A DNA stretch of 60,923 nt, the filler included, from Syncephalis fuscata S228 (lineage: Eukaryota; Fungi; Zoopagomycota): assembly GCA_025786725.1 (NCBI GenBank). It is 2 parts of 2 records of this genome, joined end to end, with 100 filler letters (N's around TTAATTAATTAA, not from the genome) between each part and the next. Parts side by side here need not be neighbours in the genome. Positions count along the whole stretch, not along the records: positions 31,027 to 60,923 come from JAHLTZ010000089.1; 1 more part is not named here. The stretch is one strand, 5' to 3'. Under the pieces are notes generated by a model that was given only the letters and a program-made list of their open reading frames with translations, made no database searches and was not told the DNA's origin. The translations under genes were made by a program, and so were the position numbers. Shown here one piece after another: positions 50,301 through 60,923 of this stretch; positions within the stretch are counted from its first letter, which is position 1, and every line of letters starts with the position of its first letter.

Positions 50301-51680
50301 GTACTGGTTGATCCACTATTCGTTGATTGACCTCCTAGTGGCGAAGTAGTATTGGTGGACCGTTTCATTGAAGAAGGCAAATATTGATCAAGTCCAGATG
50401 AATTGAGATCGACTGATGAGTTGTTACTGCCCTTCCCCTTCTACGATCACTGTTGTGATGTAATATATCGGCAAGAGACGGTTCTCCTTGAGCGATGTTA
50501 CATTATTTTGTTGAAATATGGCAGTAAAATCTGATAATAATTCACTATTCTGTTTGGTATCCAAATCCGGCAGCTTAAAATCAGTGGGTAGTCCATATGG
50601 CAATTGAGTATCTAATTAATGTATTTAGTGATTAGGTATATTTATATATATAATTTACCTACCTTCATTTGGTGTAGACATTTGATGCTGACCTGAAGAA
50701 GTACGTTTTATCGCTAGCGCTGATCCTTCAGAGCCACGTCGGCTATGACGCGAACGTCTACCGCCACTGTTACCACCATCATTACTTTCTTCATCACCAC
50801 CTGATCGCTTGCCAGTAAATAAAGAGCTGACCCGTGTACGCACATGAGTAAATGAACGTACTTTACGCATACGTGCTTTGGATGGCTCTTCATCCGCCGA
50901 TACATTACCATTGTCTAGATTGGACAAATTAAAAGGTGGCAATAGTCCATGGCTGCCTCCACCGCTACTCATCAGTCCACGTCACCTTCGCTACTTTGTC
51001 GACTTAATGAAATAATACCACCATTCGAACTGCCACTCTTAGAGGTGCGATGTCCTTGTTGAATGGTTTGGTCTTTGACATTGGCTTATTGAGCATCTGT
51101 GCAGCATGTTGTTTCATCGCCGATCTAAGTCATTAAGCGAACGTGCTCGTTGATTGCGGGGTCGGCGCATTTGGTGTAAGGCCTGTTTGCCACGCAAGGA
51201 TAGATCGTCATCTGTGTGCCAGCGACCAAGAAATTCCATGACAGGCCGTGATGTCAGTACAATATGCGAGGTTTCAAATAACTGAACAAGAAATGTGCCT
51301 AAATCCTCTTGTCGTTGTTCTTGCGTAATATTCTGGTCGAATTCATTGTCAAACGCCGCACCGATACATGTCGATAACTGGCGCAATAAATCCGAGTGCT
51401 GTTCAAATTCCTCGCACAGTTGATGCGTGAAACATTGAAAATCCTCATATCGGCGATAAACTGTGTACGGTTTACGCTGAAAAGAGACAGTTTGTGCATG
51501 CTTTATCACTGTGACCGGTTTTGGCTGGACTACCACCTGATACCAAACTTCCTCATCAATCAATTCATGCGTTACAAGTTGAGCATGCGACAGAGGCGGT
51601 GCCAGTTTAATGCCTTCATACTGCGCAGCAGATATGAGATCATCCCGATTGGACGTATTTGGACTTTTTGTGGTCATCAT
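47366..51680 (-). CDS. PX-domain protein with two PB1/ubiquitin-like modules, paralogue 2; several frameshifts in 50380-51130
   Basis: YTVYRRYEDF...LGTFLVQLF...SRPVMEFLG (PX); intron about 50613-50660; ORF 47366-50380 has two modules similar to paralogue 1, ending LVFHCI*. Confidence 0.7.
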
Positions 51681-53727
51681 CTTGGCAATATAAAGTAAGT
51701 AATTCGTACAAACGGCAGCGGTAACTATTTGAGTATTGTAAAGAAGAAGAATAAGTGTAGTAGTAATAAGAGTAATAAGAATAAGCGATAAAAACGAAGC
51801 CAGCACTACAGTTTACAGTAGTATAAAACCAAGTGCTTAATAGAAGGAATAAACGTCACGTTTGACCAGTCAACGTGCTGTGTTAATAGTAAATAGTATT
51901 GCTGTATCAATTGATATGAAAGGTAGTATGCGAATAGTAGTAGAGTGTATATGATGTATAGTAAAGCGAACGTGTAAACGTGCGTAGTTTGTAATAGCAA
52001 GTAAATACCAAAACATCAAATAGAAAGCGGCAAATAATATGTCTGTACCATGTATATTCACTAGACAAAGACAATACAACAAATTTGTAATACGTGCACA
52101 AGTGCTAACAATTTGAACCAGGATATGGTTTAAATAAAAAATGCAACCAAATAATGGTCAATAAAGAAAACAGAAGCACGGCGATAGAAGAGAAGAACTA
52201 GAACGAAAGCGAGAAAGAAGAAGTACGGCGATTGGTGAAACAAAGATGCCGTTCAAATGCTTAATTGTCGTTGTCTATGTTGTGTGTGTGTGTGTGTGTG
52301 TTATGTTGGTTGTACAGCACTTGACCGGTTTACGTTCTTCATATAGATTGAGTGAGTGTATGAGCGAGTAAGAGGAAATTGAGGCCACACTGTGTTGTCG
52401 TCTCCTTCAAATAGTCACTCTTCACTCATATCCACACCTTGTTGGTACAAGCATCACGGAGTAAACAACAATAAATAAATTCAAACTGAGTTTTAAATAA
52501 ATTAACCACACATTTGATCACAGTTTGACTTTACAAGGCGACCATGTGCACGCATATCGTACACATAAAAGTGCAGCTTGTTGTTTAAAAAGCCATGTGA
52601 ATTGCATCTGAGTGCTTCTTTATTCTTGAATCAAGTCGTATACTTACACCAAACAAGGGAAACCGTCCTTGTAATTAACGGTTACTTGCTTTGTTACTAT
52701 TATGATTGTTATAACCGTTATTACTGTTCACCTTGTTGCTATTGTTGCATATTATTATTATTATTATTTATATAATTGCTATTATTACACATTATTGTTA
52801 TTTGTATTTATATTGTTACAAAACTAGTAATACAATGGTGAAACGTTGACCAGGCAAACGAGTAAGGAGAGAAATATAGGGGATAGTTTGGTCGAATGTT
52901 TTGATATCAATCCAATAAGATTATTACTACTATTAATGGCAAGTAACTTTAAGTTTCAAGTACACCTCAAACCAACAAACTTATAATAAAATGCATAACT
53001 GTATAAATTTAACAATAGTTAAATAAAATTGGTGTAAGAATATATATATTATTATTTAAGTAACAGTATGATGTATTTATAATATTGATAAAGCTCTAAT
53101 AAAAATTACAAAGCTAAAAAATCCCTGATGGAAAAAACAAAGCGCAATGATACAAAGCTTAAATTAAAACTCCGTTTATTGATGTAATTTAGTAAATATA
53201 AAATTATGATTGCTATTATTACGCATTATTACAAACATTCACACGATAGAGTTTATTACATTACTATTGATATTCAAACAATTGTTATTATTACACAGTA
53301 ACTGATGTTATCTAATATTATTTAATATATATTTGGAACAAAGTTGACGGAGATACAAATAAATCAAGTGATACAATGATGCCATATAATTTATACAGCA
53401 ATTCATCCATTTGCCTCTATATAAAGATATTTATGCCTATTTAAGCAAGTAATTAAAAAAGACAAAAATGCTATTCTATGAATATGCCATCCAATGATAG
53501 TAATTAGATATATGATCCACGGAAATAAAGTATAGAATGGCTAGTCATTTAAGTGTCGTCCTATAGTATAAATATCAATTAAGCACTAGCGGTAGACAAA
53601 TAGATAATTTCCTAGCCCGATGTCGGCTTATTACTATCCATTTGTCTAGTGTGGGTCGTGGTCCAATTGATCAAGTGATCTATAAAACAAAGGTTACATA
53701 ATTAGAATCTACTATAAAAATGGTGTT

Positions 53728-56463
<2,736 letters not shown>

Positions 56464-57282
56464 CGATGGCCACAGAAGCTCACTCGCCCAATACTTATAA
56501 TATAATCTTGTAGTAGTTCTGCTGCCTAATAGTAAGACAGGCCTCGCGCGCGTGCGCGTACAGATAGAAAGATAAAGAGATACTAAGAGGCGTCACGACA
56601 GGTGTATACGTCCACCACCACAGAACGGTAGAATAAAGAGAGCAACAGACTACTAATAAGTCATGAAATAACACGGTAAACACCTTCACAACTACTACTA
56701 CTGTTGCCGTAGCCGTCGTGATTCTCGAAATGCTTTAAACTACAAGCAAACAGAAGATCCGTAAGGAGCGTGTAAGAGAGAGAGAGAAAGTTATTTGTGT
56801 GTTAAAGTGGCGTGAGTCCGTGTGTGTGTGTGTTTGTATTTGAAGAGATAGAAATCACGGATAATTTAGTCATCATATAAATATCGATTGGCCATGTTTT
56901 ATTATTGTAATCCAATGTTTATCATTCAATCTATTTCACTAAATACCACTACTATTTACAAGGATGTTTTTTATTTTATTTATTAACTGATTAGTATTAA
57001 TTATCATCATCATTATTATTACTGATTAGATCTATATATTACTATTTTTGGCTAGTTCATTAGATAGCTATCCTTGGTGACCAGATATATCATCTGATTG
57101 CCAAGTAACTTCATATTATTGCGTTAATTACTTATCCAATTTATTGTGCTGCTTTAGCTACTGACATTATTAATACTAGATATCATGCCGCCCTGTTAAG
57201 CAAATGGTTATAAATAGTAGTGCTATTTAACATGTCATTACACTTATTACATACAGGTCACAGCCTACTATTTGTATTAACC

Positions 57283-57493
57283 ATGCCTAAGAAAACCGAT
57301 GCTCCCAAGGAACAACACGCCAATCCAATGGCGAAGGTGGATAAACATCGACCCAAAACCAAGGCTGACAAGAAGGAAGAAAAGGCGAAAAACAAAGCCA
57401 AAGTATGTTAAAATTGACATTTTGTAACCTTGTATTAACAATCGTCATACTATTAAATAGCGAGCCGAGAAACAAAAAGAGCGTATGCAATAA
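57283..57493 (+). CDS. Small (50 aa) lysine-rich hypothetical protein
   Basis: accATG start, intron 57403-57460 (GTATGT...TAG), MPKKTDAPKEQHANPMAKVDKHRPKTKADKKEEKAKNKAK-RAEKQKERMQ*. Confidence 0.6.
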
Positions 57494-57753
57494 ATCATTT
57501 TATTAAAAACACTATTCGTATACATTTGTTTAAATGATTTGCTATATTTGAGTATATAAAACACTTATAATACCTAATTATAGAAGGGATTGTAATAATA
57601 GAACCATCTATAGTACAATACGAACCGTTATTGGTTAGTCAATAAGGAAATACACGTCTCGCCTTTATCGATTCTACTACTGCTATATCCATAGCTTACT
57701 CTCGCTTGTATTTCTCGCCTGCTTCCTTCTTCCTCCGGTTTATTACTATCCGT

Positions 57754-60700
57754 ATGCCGCGTGCCAATACAGACGCTGGCACCACTGCTTCTTATTTACC
57801 ACTTCATTCGACTGATCTAACCACCGCAGCCGCCACTCACCTAAACACAGCCACCACTTCGTCTCTGACCCGAGCATCCAATCGGCCTGCTAGTGATAGT
57901 AGCCATAGTGCCAGCATGATGACGCGGCAAGCGGCCACGGGCCGTCCTACGCCATTTACATGGCTACTACTAATGGTCAATTTTGGTCTCTTCCTTATAT
58001 TTATTATTACGTCGACGCTTCCTCAATATGCCGAATCGGTCCACTCGCTTGATCACGAATTGCTCGAACAGAAAATGAGCGCAGAACGAGCTGCTAACAA
58101 CACGCTGTTCTGGGGCACTTACCGTCCCAATCTCTACTTTGGTACGCGGCCCCGTCTACCCCAGTCGGTAATGACCGGGCTTATGTGGTTTAATATGGAC
58201 GATTATTCAGGCTTTCGTCGTAAGTGGCCACACTACTAATAATAAGCACTCAGTTATATTTTGTATTAACTACTATGTATTATTATAGATATTCGACATA
58301 CTTGCGAACATGGAGATCAATTTGAACGTTATGGCTATCTAAAACATGATGGACGGTTCTTTGGTATGCAGGAACTGGTCGACAGCGGTGTTCGCTACAC
58401 ACTAAAGACGGAATTTGTAAAGCGACCAGGCGGTGAACATGGCACGTATACATCTACTCGTATTTCCTGCTATTAAACAAACAAGTATTAATATATCTAT
58501 GCTATTAGGTGGCGATTGGTCGGTTCGTATTAGTGGCCAGCCAAATGCCACAGGTAATGCAATATAGCTCCTTAATTAATAAGATATAATAACATGTATA
58601 TAATGGATGTTAATAGACAGTACACCAGCACATATATCTGTACTATTCTATGTGGGATTTGACGGTATTGGTGAACTAGATTTCCGTAATAAAGAAAGTG
58701 AAAAGGTATTTTTGTAATTAGCTGATTGACTAAACAACCATCTAATAAATAATCAATTGAAGGGATACACCAAACCAATTGTATTACAAGGCGATACAGA
58801 AGGATTAGGTAAATTCAAGATTAATATTGCCGATGGTAAGTAAATTAAATTTATTTAAAAAGTGTATATTTACACCATTCATTTAAACATCAATTTGATA
58901 ATTAGGACCGAATTCAAAGGGTACTTCCCACGTATGGGGCTCACGTATTACAGATGGCAATACATGGCGTGCTAAAGGTAATTAGACCATTCAACGCATA
59001 TACGAATAGCAACTAAAGCGATGTTTAGAACTATTTGAGAAATACTTGATGTCACAAATTGAACGACTTGTTCCTAGAGATGCAGATGAACTACCTGATC
59101 CCAAATTGCTATTTACTATTAAGGATCATATTAGCGAAGGTGCCAATCTCTATTTTATACAAAAGACATTTAAAGGAGAATTTCAGGTAAATGACATTTA
59201 AGTAATGATTAGTCAGTAGGTTATTAATGTTGTTTAATTAATTTGATAATAGTTTGATGTGTCATTTAAATCGGCTTCATCGCCATCTTATAAAGGTACG
59301 ATAGTCATATGATAACTATAGACAGCCTAATTATAATAAAAATACTAGGTGGTGTTGATATGGCTATTCAAGATGCTTACAAATCATTTGATGCACGATT
59401 TGAACGTATTTTCAACTTGACAGGCAAAGGCTATTCAAAACGCCATGTTGAATTTGCCCAAGCTGCATTAAGTAATTTATTAGGCGGTATTGGGTATGTG
59501 AATCAATATATGCCTTAATAATAGTATTTATAATAGTCATATACATATATGTATGTATGTATGTATGTATATAGATATTTCCACGGTGATAGTATTGTAG
59601 ATCGTACTCCAGATGAACAAGCTGATCGCGATGAACTGGATGAAGAAGAATTCCCAGTGGCCACCACATCCTGAGAAAACAAAGCCTTCCTCGTTATTCT
59701 CTGGTACACCATCGCGTTCATTTTTCCCTCGAGGATTCCTTTGGTATGACACTAAGTGATTACAAATTAATTATTTATGCATATTAATGCTTGTTATAGG
59801 GATGAAGGCTTTCATCAAATGTTAATTGGACAATGGGACAATGATTTAAGGTAAAATAAATTAAGCGACGATAATAGAAATTGCATCGGCTTTTATATTG
59901 ACCATCTACTAGTCTGGATATTCTACGTTCATGGTTTGCTCAAATGGATGACAATGGCTGGATTGCTCGAGAACAAATTCTTGGCGATGAAGCACGTAGT
60001 AAGGTAAGCCATAACGGCCACTATTCATTGTCCAGTGTATAACTTGCGTTAATAGGTACCGGAAGAGTTTCAAACACAATTTCCCCACTATGCCAATCCA
60101 CCCACTTTGATTATGCCAGTGCGTATGTTTATGGAACGTCAAATGGCTTATGAAAAAAGCTTGGAAACTAAAGTACATGAAGAAGGTAAGTATTTAATAG
60201 ATGTTTGTTATATTTATTAATATATATGTGTGTGTGGGTGTGTAAAATTATGTCATTTAGTAAACGATAAGGTTGATCCTGTACGTCAGCGCATTAAAAC
60301 ATCAGAGGATCCGGAAGTAGTTCGCAACCGGCATTTATTAGAACCACAACTAGGCACTGACTATTTATTAAATCTTTATCCGTATATTCGTCGATTTTAC
60401 CACTGGTTCCGTCGAACACAAAAAGGAGAGATTAAACGATGGGGACGCAGTGCACCGAACAAAGAAGCATACCGGTGGCGAGGCCGTACACTTAACCATA
60501 CACTAACTTCAGGTATAATGGTTTATTAGACTATTCGGCAATTTAATTTCTCTAATCTATATATATATTATATCATTTGTATTCGTTAGGATTGGACGAC
60601 TATCCACGAGGTGCACCACATCCAGGTGAACTGCATCTTGATCTACTATCCTGGATGGGCTACACTGCAAAGACATTGCGTATGATGGCAGAACGATTAG

Positions 60701-60923
60701 GCGAGCAAGATGACGCCGATGAATATGAACAAGAATATCAGAATATTGTAGCCAATCTTGATGGTAATACAATTAATTAGTGCTAATAGTTTAAATAGCC
60801 ATTTTTAACGATTTATATAATCATTATAATTCATTAGCACTTCATTGGGATGATAAAGAAGAAATTTATTGTGATTTAACTGTCAACCATGAAGGTTAGT
60901 AGCACTATCACATTACACTACAA
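57754..60923 (+). CDS. CWH41: Mannosyl-oligosaccharide glucosidase I (GH63); runs off the window
   Basis: Type II TM helix, LFWGTYRPNLYFGTRPR, RHTCE, HDGRFFG, NLLGGIGYF, PSRSFFPRGFLWDEGFH, GWIAREQILGDEARSKVP, YRWRGRT...LTSGLDDYPR; many short introns; one frameshift near 59655-59660. Confidence 0.96.

Overview
AT-rich eukaryotic genomic DNA with short (mostly 45-100 nt) spliceosomal introns. It is most consistent with an early-diverging fungus; a Zoopagomycota/Syncephalis-like mycoparasite is an inference from U12 introns, Gemin8, secreted pseudokinases and an orphan F-box gene. A synthetic N44-TTAATTAATTAA-N44 spacer (30927-31026) joins two pieces that need not be adjacent. Conserved genes: CNNM/Mam3 (partial), LDAH, Vps71/ZNHIT1, OCIA-like protein, Gemin8, a two-finger GATA factor, TSC2 (partial), chitin deacetylase, two tandem PX/PB1-like paralogues, a MYST acetyltransferase and glucosidase I (partial). 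Highlights missing from the ORF track: (1) a micro-exon gene at 37912-40057, with a signal-peptide exon followed by about 23 exons of 3/6/9 nt that splice into a small secreted peptide carrying a duplicated DNGLGRAP motif; (2) two back-to-back decayed Fanzor (eukaryotic TnpB-like RNA-guided nuclease) genes at 9841-10352 and about 10960-11407, each followed by a shared hairpin/terminal motif, the candidate omegaRNA and element end; (3) two AT-AC minor-spliceosome introns; (4) two signal-peptide pseudokinases; (5) several dispersed and foldback repeat families. Single-base frameshifts in conserved genes suggest assembly indel errors. All calls come from reading the sequence by eye; no searches were run.
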